A stretch of DNA of 64,000 nucleotides from Octopus sinensis (taxonomy: Eukaryota): positions 35,960,001 to 36,024,000 of the forward strand of contig NC_043008.1 in NCBI RefSeq assembly GCF_006345805.1. Direction: 5' to 3'. Positions 11,708-23,379 of this stretch are shown here, in pieces. The notes under the pieces were generated by a model that made no database searches, was not told the DNA's origin, and saw only the letters and a program-made list of their open reading frames with translations. The position numbers were made by a program, and so were the translations under genes. Position 1 is the stretch's first letter. The number at the start of each line of letters is the position of its first letter.

Positions 11708-11936
11708 TTAACCTCTAGCATTCAGATTATTCTGTCAAATGTAATGCTTGTTTATTCATGTTATTTTGAATTAATCATGCATTATCTCATAGCTTTGAGA
11801 TTTCAATGAAGTGATTGTTTATTTTCAGGATGACATTGTAGGGTAAGTGTGAAAGGCTGGATTTGGACAGTTTGAACATAAAACAGGTAGAATATTTGGG
11901 GGGTCGATCTGGCTGGTTCAAATGCTTAACTGTTAA
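11708..11936 (+). mobile_element. TTAA-flanked MITE family A (piggyBac-like)
   Basis: TTAA-cctctagcattcagatta...catAAAACAGGTAGAATATTT...aaatgcttaactg-TTAA; same body as 55721-55936. Confidence 0.8.
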
Positions 11937-11939
11937 ACG

Positions 11940-12230
11940 GCTGTGATTTGATAGTTGCAGGGAAAGAAAACATTGGCAGAGAGGGAATGCTAAAAGGATG
12001 ACATTCTGGGGAGAAAGGAATGGACGAACAGTTGGTGTAGGGCCAGGGAAAGTGACAGTGGACACAGTGTTAAGAGGAGAGATGAAAAGTTAGAAGTTCT
12101 TGGGTGGAAATAACATGAGACCGGCAAGTCCAAAAGGAGCAGAAGCCATTGTAGTAGCAGGAAAAAATACAGAGAGAGGAATCAGCACATTGGTGGATCA
12201 GAGATAGGGTTGAATTTGTGAATAATATTT
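11940..12230 (-). mobile_element. CR1-clade (Zenon-like) LINE 3' ORF2 remnant
   Basis: Frameshifted minus-strand peptides SLIHQCADSSLCIFSCYYNGFCS and FLPRMSSF*HSLSANVFFPCNY align by eye with the CR1 end motifs LxHRRxVxSLxLFYRYYxGxCS and FFPRTxxLWNSLPxxVFP. Confidence 0.55.
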
Positions 12231-13799
12231 TGGATAGTGTAAGGTATTTACATGTGAAGTTGGAAGAAGAGTCTTACAGGTAATTCAACAAAAGCTGAGT
12301 ACAGCAGTGAAAGGGCTGAAGTCCTCTCCTTTGTATATTTGTCTAATGTAAACAAAAGCTTGAAATACAGATTGATCGAGAGTTTAAATAATTTTAGTTC
12401 CCTACATACAAAGCAATAAAATCTTTATTAAGACAAATTCAGAATTGGAGAATCTGAAGAAATAAAGTTTAAAGGAATAATAATCTCAGTAATTTTATTG
12501 TACTTGAGACATCTTATAATTGGTTAGTTTTAAAAGTATCATTAAGAGATTTAAAAACAAAAAGGAACAATATTTATAATTGCAATAATGGTGATGATGA
12601 ATCCTGAAAGCATGAAATGCAAAGTCATCTTTGTTGGAATTTGAACTCAGAACAAGACCTAACTAAAATTTTAAAATAAAAATCAAACCATTCTGTGACC
12701 AACAGATTTCAACATCCACTTCCATGAATTTTGATTATTATTTATAACTTTAGTATATATCCACACATCTTGAGGGAGTGGGTATGGCTGACTGAACTTA
12801 GATGCAAAACCAGTATTTATTCCTTTAACTCAGCAGGATGGAGAGTAAGGTCAAATATGGTGAAATTTGAACCCCATTATATGAGTGGTACTAGTTCTAT
12901 CGAGGCAAGAGGATGAAAAGCAAATATGACATAAGGTCAAATATGAATTCAGATTGTAAAAGAATACAACAAAATACTGCAAAACATTTTCACTGATGCT
13001 CTGCTGTTTCTGTCATCCTGTCCTAAAACAACAATTTCTTACATTGGCATAAAACCACAATCTGGGAGCAGGGTGTGCGTAATTGATTAAATCATCCCCA
13101 GGATTGATAATTATTTTATAAACTCAGGAAAGCAAAATAATATTAATAGAATTTGAACTCAGAACATAGTGAGGCATAACAAATATGCTACAAAAGCATT
13201 TCAACTAATGTTATGCAGTTTCTGTAACTTGCAACTCAACTAAAATAATAAACAAATAGAAGAAAATTTCCAAGATGCACCGAATCAGGAAATATTGAAA
13301 AGCTCTTCAAGAAGGAGAAAATCATAAGTCAAGTGGTTTCTTTTTCCATTAGTAATGTAATAATATTTTCTTTGTAAAAAAACATAGCTCTTTAGTCATG
13401 TGGAATGTTAGAACTCTTAACACAAAATGCCACTCATTTCAGTCTAAAAGCACGTACAAAAGGTGAGACTTGTTATGCAGTAAGTACCACTTCAAGGAGA
13501 ATACTGATTGATACATGCTACACCATATTTAAAATATTATGAAATAAGAATATACAGATTGCTACAGAGTCATGCCATATAGTTTTTACTGTGCTGCTGC
13601 TGCTGCTGCTACTACTACTACTACTACAGCTTCTATTTTTTGCAGGTTGTAAGGTTGCATTCTACTTCTCTCCAAGGTCATATATATGCACCTCCCTGGT
13701 TCACGTATGCTTTGTGTGTCTACCCTTTTAAACCCTGCGCTAAAGCTTTTGCTAAATTATTTCTTCCTGTACTCGAGAAAACCTGCCTACCACAACAGA

Positions 13800-14450
13800 A
13801 CTGAGATCCTTAACCCAAGTATCACATAAAAAGCCGATCCCCACCCACCATGGCTAACCCTGAGGGTGTCAAAGGCAAGTTTTATGATTTGGAAGCTCTC
13901 ATAGCAGCTGTGCCGGAAGAGGACAAGCTTGTTGTTCTTAGCAACTTCAACACCACAGCTGGTACAGACTACCAGATATGGGACGGAGTCAATGAGAGAA
14001 ACAGAGTCGGCAAAAACAATAGCAATGGTCATCTACAAATGAAGACCTGTGCAGCACTTGACCTGCTGATCATCAACACAGTGTTTCACCTTCCCAACTA
14101 CAAAGAGACATCCTGGCCACATCCATGCAGCAAACATTGACATCTAATTGACTATGTCAAAGTCAAGAGATGGGACAGGCAGGATGTGTGGTGCAGAAGG
14201 CTGGAAAGATCATAGACACATCATTGCAAAACTCAACAGGCACATTCAGCCCAAGTGGTGACTGCAAGGGAAGCCAGCAAACAAGTGACTCAACGTCAGC
14301 AAATTGGAATGGCACAACATGAAACAGAACCTGAGTGAGGACCCAGACAGCAACTTGATGTTGGGATAAAGGGAGCAGAAGAGGATTGGATAGTGTTCAA
14401 AGACATGGTGCACAATACTGCACTCACTTGTCTGGGTTATTTCTAGGAGG
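13800..14450 (+). mobile_element. RTE (BovB-like) LINE, APE endonuclease remnant
   Basis: PTMANPEGVKGKFY.DL.ALIAAVP.EDKLVVL.NFN...G.NNSNG...NTVF.LP...TSW.HP.SKH*HLIDYV..K..DRQDV; a WNVRTL remnant sits at about 13400. Confidence 0.85.
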
Positions 14451-16924
14451 TCCAGCAACCACATAGAGGTTTCATTATTCACAGTTGAGTGGTTTATAAG
14501 AGAAAGATCACTGAACAATAAAAACAATTGTTAAAAATAAAATAGCTAGAATATCCTGCCTATGAGACAGGAAAATTTGATGTAAAACATTAAAGTATAA
14601 AAAAAAGGAAAGAAAAAGAGAACCACAAATAAATAAAATTTAATTTTTTCTTTTTTTTTTTTTGAAATCTGTCCATTTAAATACTGGTTTAATTTAGGCC
14701 AAGTCAATACAATGTCAGCTGTTTAAACAGCAGCTAAGAAATCAATGAAGTAAAAGATCACATCAGCCAAAACTAAACCAAACAGAGCGGATGGTCACGT
14801 TAAAATATTTATTAGTAAAGCAATAGGATCCTCAAGTGGGATAAAAATAATTTCCTTCCAAATTATTTTTACAAATGTGAAACATCTGTTTTAAAGGACT
14901 AGTGATTAATGTGGTATTAGAGGAAGAGCTTGACAGAGACAGAGGACAATCTGGAGAAGCAAGGTATAAAGACTGAAAAATCCCTTGGGAAGATGTACAT
15001 TCAAAGAAATGCTAGAATGGGAAGGCAGAGGTGAGACAACTGTTTGTTGTAATGAGAGAATAATCTGCTTTGAGCTGTAGATTAAGTCTGTAGAGGGTGC
15101 ACAGTTTTAGCCAGAGTAGAGTAATAAAGTGGCCGAATAGTACAACAGATGATATGTTAAAAGACAGAGGGACGTCTGGAAAAAAATAAAGTAGAGAATA
15201 AAACATATTAGATTGCTAGAAGAGAAAATGAAAGTAAGAGGATCAAAAGTATGAGGAATTCTAGATTGCGATGCAAGGTTTTCATGAGAATCAGGATGTC
15301 ACTGATGGAAAATATACTCTTCAGTAAACACCATCCAACCAAGCGAACATAGAATACTGGATGTTAAAGCAACGATGATAATGATGATGATATATTCATG
15401 CACCAATGTGTCCGTGTTTTATTGCCTTCATTTTGCATTTCGGTTGTAAATGACCATCATAACCATACAAGCTGTGCCCTTTGTTTCTAATCTTCCACAA
15501 AAACATGTCAGGCCATGGGGAAGGGTTCCCATACCTTAAGATGGCCCCGATTACAGTCCAAGTTCAAATCTTTCAGCCTTTCTTGGCTGATTAAACAAAT
15601 ACCAAAGTTGATTTAATCGAAGCCAGTAACCCAGTCTGGTGACTGAAACCAGTAAAATAAAATCATGACCAAACATATATACAGTGTGTGTGTGTGTGTG
15701 TGTGTATGTGTGTGTGTGTATGTGTGTGTGAGAGAGAGAGAGAAAAATCACAGCGTCACTCCATAAGCTCACTTCAAATACAGAATATAATAAACTTGAC
15801 AGCTGAAACATAAGAGAAGCAAGTGGAGTAATTGATCCATAAAATCTAAGAAATAAACAAAAAAAGAATAGTTATCCTTATGGTGTTTTTAATTAGACCT
15901 ACACTTTGAGCGGGGAGGGATGGAGAGAGAGAGAGAGGGGGAGTAGGTTAAGTAATGTTATTTTCTGTGCAACAATCAATGAAACTGATAAAGAAAGAAA
16001 AAAAAAAATGGTAAAAACTTTCCAGAATAAATACACCAAGAAAATAGCAATATTTTCATAAGATGTCTGAATGATACTTGAGTTCAATACAAAGATGAAG
16101 AAAGAAACACAAGCACACATTCACATATGCAATTTGCTTTGATACCATCAGACAAAATCTAAGCAGCCAGCAGACTCAGAATCTTACAGTGAAAAAGTAA
16201 GAAAAAAAGTAAAAAAAAAAGATAAAAACTTTATAACTTTGAATTGCAAAATTTTCTAAAGACTGCTGTGAAACTTAATCAATGAAAGAGCCTGAAATAC
16301 TACATTTCTAAACAACCACTCATATGTTCGAATATGCATGAGCATGAATGTGTACAGAGATTGTGTGTGTTTATACACGACAAAGAAAATATATTTTAAT
16401 GCTGAAATAAGTACACCCTAACCCTGCATGTCATAAAGGCAACTTTAAGGGTTGACATCGGGAAGAGCATCTAACTCAGTCTCAAAAACATTTGCAAACC
16501 ATGTCACTGATGGTGATGTGTGTGTGTGTGCGCACATATGGAGAGAGAGAGAGAGAGATTGTTAGGTTCTGCAAATGAAAGATTGCAAATTTGCTAGCAT
16601 TCCTATAAACATCCTCTCTACCATTGAGTCCTTTATTTAAATTGTGATTTTCCATAACTTTATAGAAAAAAAATTACACACGTGTACGTACGTACGTATG
16701 TATGTATGTATATATATATATATATTATATATATATATATATATGGCTGTGTGGTAAGTAGCTTGCTTACCAACCACATGGTTCTGGGTTCAGTCCCACT
16801 GTGTGGCACCTTGGGCAAGTGTCTTCTTCTAAAGCCTCTGGCTGACCAAAGCCTTGTGAGTGGATTTGGTAGACGGAAACTGAAAGAAGCCCGTCATATA
16901 TATGTGTATACATATATATATATA

Positions 16925-17096
16925 GTTAATCCAAACATGAAAACACAAAGAGAAAACACAACAACGCGAGGACGTGGAACAAGTATAGTGTTATTGGATG
17001 CTCAGGAAAGAAGGAGGGTTTAATGTTTCAAGCAGAGCTCTTTGTCAGAAACATAGGAAAAGGAAAGATCCAAAGGAGGGAAGACAGAGGAAAAAA
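16925..17096 (-). mobile_element. 172-bp Penelope-terminal-repeat/retrozyme-like element inserted into (TA)n
   Basis: Sharp boundaries inside the SINE TA tract (tata|gttaatcc...gaggaaaaaa|tata); contains a type-I hammerhead fold. Confidence 0.65.
17018..17052 (-). ncRNA. Minimal type-I hammerhead ribozyme motif, CpG-decayed (probably inactive)
   Basis: GUUU-CUGAC[A]A-A-GAGC(UCU)GCU[U]-GAAA-C[A]U-U-AAAC. Perfect stem I GUUU/AAAC. Reverting three CpG transitions (17043, 17030, 17024) gives CUGACGA, GAGC/GCUC and the ACGU palindrome. Confidence 0.8.
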
Positions 17097-17314
17097 TATA
17101 TATATATATGTATGTGTGTCTTTGTTTGTCCCCCCAATATCGCTTGACAACTGATGCTGGTGTGTTTATGGCCCTGTAACTTAGCAGTTCGGCAAAAGAG
17201 ACCGATAGAATAAGTACTAGGCTTACAAAGAATAAGTCCTGGGGTTGATTTGCTTGACTAAAGGCGGTGCTCCAGCATGGCCACAGTCAGATGACTGAAA
17301 CAAGTAAAAAGAGT

Positions 17315-17349
<35 letters not shown>

Positions 17350-18549
17350 TGAGTGTCTATACCCATGCACACATTTATAATGGAAATAAAATAACCACCA
17401 TTGAAAGTTGGTCAGTCAAATGAGTGAAACAAGTAAAAGAATAAATAGACACTCCCTAATGAGAATCTTTTGAGATGAGATTAATTCTTGAAGACATTTT
17501 GTAAGAAGAAAAAAGTTTAAAAAATATATGTAAAAACAAAAAAAGAATAAATGAAATGATTATACATAGGAAAAAAAATATAGTTTATCTTTAAACAACT
17601 AATGGCAAATAAAGAAGATTCTGTTGAAGGAGTTGGAACATTATTTCTACCATTAAAGAAAATAAATTATGCCATTCCTATGCCAACCAATGTACAATCT
17701 TACACATTTACTCAGAACTTTATGTTTTTCTCTAATGCTTATAATAATCTTTCCTAACAAGGACTAAGAATGGTGCATATTGGTAGAGTAGTAGCTCAGA
17801 ATATTTCTATTACTTATTTTATCAAACATTGCAGAATAAAAAAAAAAAGTTAAAATCCTCAATATTGAGACAGAAATAGGACTTGAGAAAGACACAGAAC
17901 AGTGGCAAAGGCAGATCAAAGGATGACAAGCCATGCTGATCAAACACATACACATACAAATAAAATACAGGAAACAAGTAGCTATATGTTTGTTGAATGT
18001 CTGAACTGTCCAACCTTTGACAGCAACAAAAGAATCAGATGTTGGAATACTTCTGATGATAATGATGTGGAGATTCTCAACATGAAAGCCTACCGATGAC
18101 AAGAATGGCATGTGCCATTGTAGTGTGTAGAGTGGACCTACTATACACACCACTGTATCAGTGTGTGTTCAGAGTTACTGCTCTCTGATATAAAATAGCC
18201 TTAACTGTGGCATGTGGAGTTGATATGTCTCCTGTGCAGGATTTTATTCAATTTTTATTCCTTCTCCTCATTTAGTTGCTTTCACTATATCTGGGGAGCC
18301 ATATCTTTCCATTATGCTTAAGGGTGCTTAAATTGCAAAAGTAGAAAGCTTGGGAGAGAGTTTACAGAAAATTCCTAACTGTAACTCTTCCTTTCAGATA
18401 CAGGAATGCAAATAACCCAACCATCCACCCACCACTGAAAACCCTCTTTTTGGCCTCAAGGATATTATCATCAGCACTGGCATGATGGAAGCTAGATCTG
18501 GAGAGATTGTAGAGATGCTAGAACAGGTAAGAAGATACTGTGTACAAGT

Positions 18550-20650
18550 GAGAAAATAGAAGGCAGGGGACTCAACCAGGCTTCTCACAGGCAAGGAATA
18601 CAAGCAGAAGTTCTGGCTGAATAACAGCAAATGAGTTGGCAAAATAAACATATTGGCAGAGATATGGATAGGTAAAGTAACTGAAATAAGTTTGAGTATG
18701 AGACAATAATTAAGCTTAGACTAGTCTTAGGTAACAAACACAATGACAGTGATCTCTGTATATGTACCACAAACCAGACTGACTGATGAATAAAAGAAAC
18801 ATTTCTACGAAGCCTACCTCATTAAAAACATGACAGCAAACTCGTCACCTCAGTGAGTGATTAATGGGCATGTTAAGCAACAACATGAAAGCTACCCTGA
18901 TGTACATAGCTGCTATGATTAATATATTAGGAATAAAAAATGATCAAAGCTCTTGGAGTTTTGTAACAAAACCATTTGTAGCATTACCTGTTCACCAACC
19001 AGACAGGTAACCACATAAGCCAACTGGACTTCATAGTCACCAAGAAGCAGGATAGGAAATAGATTGTGAACACTAAGTACTCCTCTAATGAAGAATACAT
19101 TCCTCAATATAAACTAGGGATCAGTAACTTCAGGAATAGAAGGACTCAGAAACATGAAATCTAGAGAAAGGAGGCACTGAATCTAAGACTCCTTGGGCCA
19201 GGTATAGGTTCACAGAAGTACTAGTAGAGATATATGATGAGAAAGCGGAGGAATAGACATTCTGAACAATGGACAACTGGGAGTTTCTATGAGACATCTG
19301 CCAATGAATCACAGGTCAAATTTGTAGAAAGTGTAAAGTCCAGGTCAGATGAAAGGTGACACAATTGTTGAATAGTATTGTAGAGTTTCAGAAGTTAAGA
19401 GACACCCATAGAAAGATTGGGAACAAGGAACAATATCAGGTAGCTAGAAGAGCAGGTATATGTAATGTATACAAAGCAAGGAGAAAAACGAAAAGTAAAA
19501 TGTTTACCCTTTCTCTGTGATCAAAGGTGTTCCAGATTGCAAAGCAGTTGTCATTTTGGGAAAAGTGTGTACAGAATGAGTGGAACAATTGTCAGAATGA
19601 TACCAAAAAACGAAAGAGGCATAAAATTGTTATCAAAGGATGCTGAATGAGGAGGATGTCTAAGAGAGAAAGAGACTTCTCCAAACAGACCCAACACAGA
19701 AACCATCTACTGAAGTTGTTGGCTATGTGGCTGACAATGTAATTAAAAGCATGAAGCAGGGAAAGAAGCTGAATCATGAGGGAGAGTTACTGAGAGGCTT
19801 AAAATATCTGGCAAAGTAGGACATGCACTAGTCACATGCATAGTCAATCAAGTGGCAAAGGGAAGTGTCACACACAGTAACTGGCTTAGCGGCTTCACCA
19901 TCAACTTTTGCAGAGGCAAAGGAAGTGCTTTAGACAGAAGCAACAAGAGAGGCATCAAGTTATGAAAGTAACAGAAAGCACAATTGATTATGAAGAGAAT
20001 TAGTCTTGATGGGATATAGCTTAGGTTTGTGCTCAAGTATTATACAACCAATATCTTCTTAAAAGGAGGACTGCAGAAGTTCTCAGTAAGCCTCTAGACC
20101 TATAGCATTTGTTGAGCAGGAGAAAATCTTTCATAGAACACTACACTCTGTAGTCTGATGGTCACTAAGAAAACTAAGTATGGATGAAGGACTTGTGACA
20201 GCTCTGTAAGCTGTGCACTGAAACACTGTTAGTGAGAGGAGTTGCTATCATTTGAGTGAAGAATTTAGTTAGCATACAGGCAGAAGACATTCATCAAGGC
20301 TCAGTTCTAAGTTGACTTCTTTGTTCTTGAATTCTTTGAAATGTCTGGAAAGCTCTCCAAAGGTATGTGACAACATTTATTTCTGAGATGAAATAATCAG
20401 TAGTGGAAGAGGATGTTTTGAAAGTATGGTAGCCAGAGAAAATGCTCAGGGAGCTAATACCACTGGTGACAACAAAGAGATTCTCTCTCCAAGTAAATGG
20501 TAGGTGCTATGCTTGTGGAAATAAAACATGAACATTGAATATGGTGGATGTACAATAGCTGGAAAGCAATTGGCTGATGCTCTGCTGAGTGTGCAAGAAA
20601 GGAGACTATGACAGCACAACAGTTGCACTCAGAAGCTACCCAGGAAAACA
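18550..20650 (+). mobile_element. Old, heavily decayed RTE LINE (endonuclease to C-terminus, internally deleted)
   Basis: Remnants RGDSTRLLTGKEYKQKFW...ILAEIWIGKVTEI, VISVYVPQT, SQLDFIV, an RT start homologous to 47950-48260, IHQGSVLS, and ISSGRGCFES...LIPLVTT matching the RTE at 47100-47290. Confidence 0.75.
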
Positions 20651-20739
20651 ATAAGGTTATAAGAGTTTTAAAACTGCACTAACATAGAGCTTGGTTCTCC
20701 AAAAGTTGATAATCTCACAAGCAACATCCAAATTTTTCA

Positions 20740-20949
20740 AAATCTGTTGACACACGTGGTTTCAATTAATTTCAATTGATTTTGAAAATGATGAATTTAA
20801 TAAAATAATTTTGTCATCATTAATCTGGTGTTTGGAACTTAAAATTTTCTATCAAAATTTCAAGTTAATTTAATTTAGATCACATTAAAACGGGGAAGCT
20901 GATAACAGAATTAGGAGTGATCTCAGGCAGGTTGGTATCGGTAAGTTAA
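20740..20949 (-). mobile_element. TTAA-flanked MITE family B, inverted copy
   Basis: Reverse complement ttaacttaccgataccaacctgcctgagatcac...ttttaatgtgatctaaattaaa aligns with 4547-4740. Confidence 0.55.
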
Positions 20950-22251
20950 TAAGACATTACAGTATTTGTAATTCTAAGTAAACATATGTTATTTAATCAG
21001 AACTTAAACTCATTTAAACTGCTTATTCTTTAAATAGCATATTTTTTAAACATCTCAACAAATAGCATCAAGTGGTCATGGAACAAAGAAGACACCTGTA
21101 TCCAATAGCTGCCACAGTCAGCTCAAAGGTCATTATGATCAGGAACCAAACAACATACAAGGACCTTGCTTGGGCTAGGTATTAATTTGAAGATTGCAAA
21201 ATGGAATAATTTTAGACATTATGAAAATGATAAATGAGACAGGAGACATAATATGAAGGTTGGTGAGATGTGTGCCCATTTGTGCAAGGCAATAAATAAT
21301 AATTCATCATTAATCACTTCACAAAAGATAAATGAGGACATTTGATTGGATTTGCCACCACAAAAACCACTTGTAAGTGACAGATGGCATTCTGATAACA
21401 AAGGGGAAAAAACCTGGTTCTAATGCCCAAGGATAATATTTGACAAGTGCTATTCTCTATGAAAAACCAGAAATTTTTGTTATATAAAAGTGGTTTTTAA
21501 CTTTCACACTGCTCATAGCTGATCCTTAAGGAGCCAGCCTTCAATTAGAACTGTTCATGAGCAAGAATGAAAACAAAATCTCAATTTCATTGCTGCTGTA
21601 TGAAGCATAGAGGAAGTGATCTTGAATAAACTTCACATTCATGTGCCTTACCTGCAGTTTGAAAACTTTCTTTGTCATTAAACTAAACATTTTCAATATC
21701 AGGAATAATATTAAATGTTCAACAATGCAGCCTTTCTCCAAGTTTTTAATCAAGGTATTCATAACTGCTGCTTGAAATGTTGCCAGTATATTTGCTTTAG
21801 CTTAATTCCATAGATTCTCATACACAGTATGTGCACTAAAATTGGAACTTATCCTACCAAACACTTGTGCAGAAGTAGTTAACAATACTACAGACATTAG
21901 AAAAGTCACACACCCAAGATAAGATTCTCAGAAAATTAGCACTGGGAGCCATTGCCATATTTCTCCCTAAAAAACCGGAAGATATTACAACCATATGAGC
22001 TTTTTGTCTCAGCGCTTGGTTGATGAATGCTTATAATTAACCAGGCCATTTTGACATTACAAATGAGGTTAAAGTGTTATATTTTCTATTAAACAAAGCC
22101 TTTTGTGTTAATCTCTTTTCGAAATTGCTATTCCCAGTCTGAAAGAGAAAAATCTCATTTTGAAATCATTAATATTACTTTGAAGTGGCGAAGTCTCAAA
22201 TAGAAGTAAAATCTGCTCACTTAGAATAACAAATACTGTAGTAAGTGTATG

Positions 22252-22550
22252 TCATCATCATCATCCATTTTCCATGCTGGCATGAGTCGGACAATTTGAC
22301 AGGAGTCAGTGAGCCAGAAGACTGTGCCAAGCTCTAACATATGCTCATGGTTTTTATAGCTGGATGCCCTTCCTAATGCCAGCTGCTTTACAGAGTGTGG
22401 ACTGGATGCTTTCTTTTTCACATAACACTGGCACTTGTGTGGTCATCAAGTAACTCACAAGACAAGATCCATGGCTGAGAAGGTATAGTGTTGAGGGATG
22501 TGGCTTTATGCTAGGTGATGAAAGGTTAAAGTATGATAGAGGGACAGGTG
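22252..22550 (-). mobile_element. RTE-type 3' tail element about 30 bp from the DENND4 exon 1 donor
   Basis: catcatcatcatccattttccatgctggcatg...gctggatgcccttcctaatgcca. Confidence 0.75.
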
Positions 22551-22582
22551 AAAAAAAATAAAAATAAAAAAGAAATAATTAC

Positions 22583-22878
22583 CCAATATCTGTTAATGGT
22601 GGCTTCTCCCTGCCTCTTCGGTAACAAATGTACATTTCTGAACAACGTATGCTACCATGGTTGAGGTCTGCAAGAAAGCCAGTTTGCGTTCGCTCAAGAC
22701 AAACATAACCCTTCGGTTCTTTTTCAGCTAAGGATTTATTGATGACACATATGTCGGTGATTGGATCTTGTTTATGTGTTTGTTTAATAATGCTTTCATT
22801 TGTGGATTCTTCCAGTGGTGAAGGTGTTTCAGGTAGTCCAGCTACCACAAAATAATCGGCAACTCTACGTTCATCCAT
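22583..22878 (-). CDS. DENND4: DENND4/Crag-family Rab GEF, first coding exon (N-terminus, start of MABP domain region)
   Basis: Translates [17 protein letters not shown]...[13 protein letters not shown]...ADLNHGS...[17 protein letters not shown], matching the DENND4A/C and Crag N-terminus ([10 protein letters not shown]...CYRRGRDKPPLTDLG). Acceptor tttttAG directly precedes ATG; donor GG|GTAATT at 22582 (phase 2). Confidence 0.95.
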
Positions 22879-22986
22879 CTAAAAATAAAAAAAATAAACA
22901 TGAGATAAGAATTATGAATTATTTAATTTCAGACAATGCACAGCAAAGAATCTGACTATAAAAATATACAAAATCAACCACTCTTT

Positions 22987-23152
22987 CTTTAGCATTTAGA
23001 TTATTCAATCAAGTACAAAACTTATATATTCACAATATTTTGAATTAAGTATGAATTATCTCATGGTTTCACGATATTGCTTATTTTTAGAATGACATTG
23101 TAGGGAATGAGTGAGAAGCTGGATATGGTTGGTTTAGATGCTGAAGAGTCAA
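22987..23152 (+). mobile_element. MITE family A, internally deleted and degraded
   Basis: ctttagcatttagatta...ttttgaattaa...tttttagaatgacattgtaggg...ggatatggttggtttagatgct. Confidence 0.6.
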
Positions 23153-23379
23153 AGGACAAATCTCTAAAACAAATACTAAAAGAAAATAGAGAAGACAAAA
23201 ATTAATGATTTCTTACACTGCGACAAGGTAATGCATTTATGAAAGTAGGAGCATAATCAATCAATTTATTTCCAGTATATTATTTGTACTTATATTTTAA
23301 TGATGAACATGAGACAAATGCAAAAGCCAACCCATTTGGTATCTGAACTCAGAATTTAAAAGAATGCATGAGTGCACCA

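Larger units (their letters stand above)
16744..17314 (+). mobile_element. SINE family A with a nested insertion in its central (TA)n
   Basis: Head 16744-16895 and tail about 17110-17314 match the other family A copies; 172 bp of foreign sequence interrupts the TA tract. Confidence 0.9.

Noticed and set aside
21648-21800. Strong minus-strand donor CTGCAG|GTAAGG in DENND4 intron 1
   Set aside because: No good acceptor with an open frame upstream and the peptide has no DENND4 similarity; exons 1 and 2 already join in frame.
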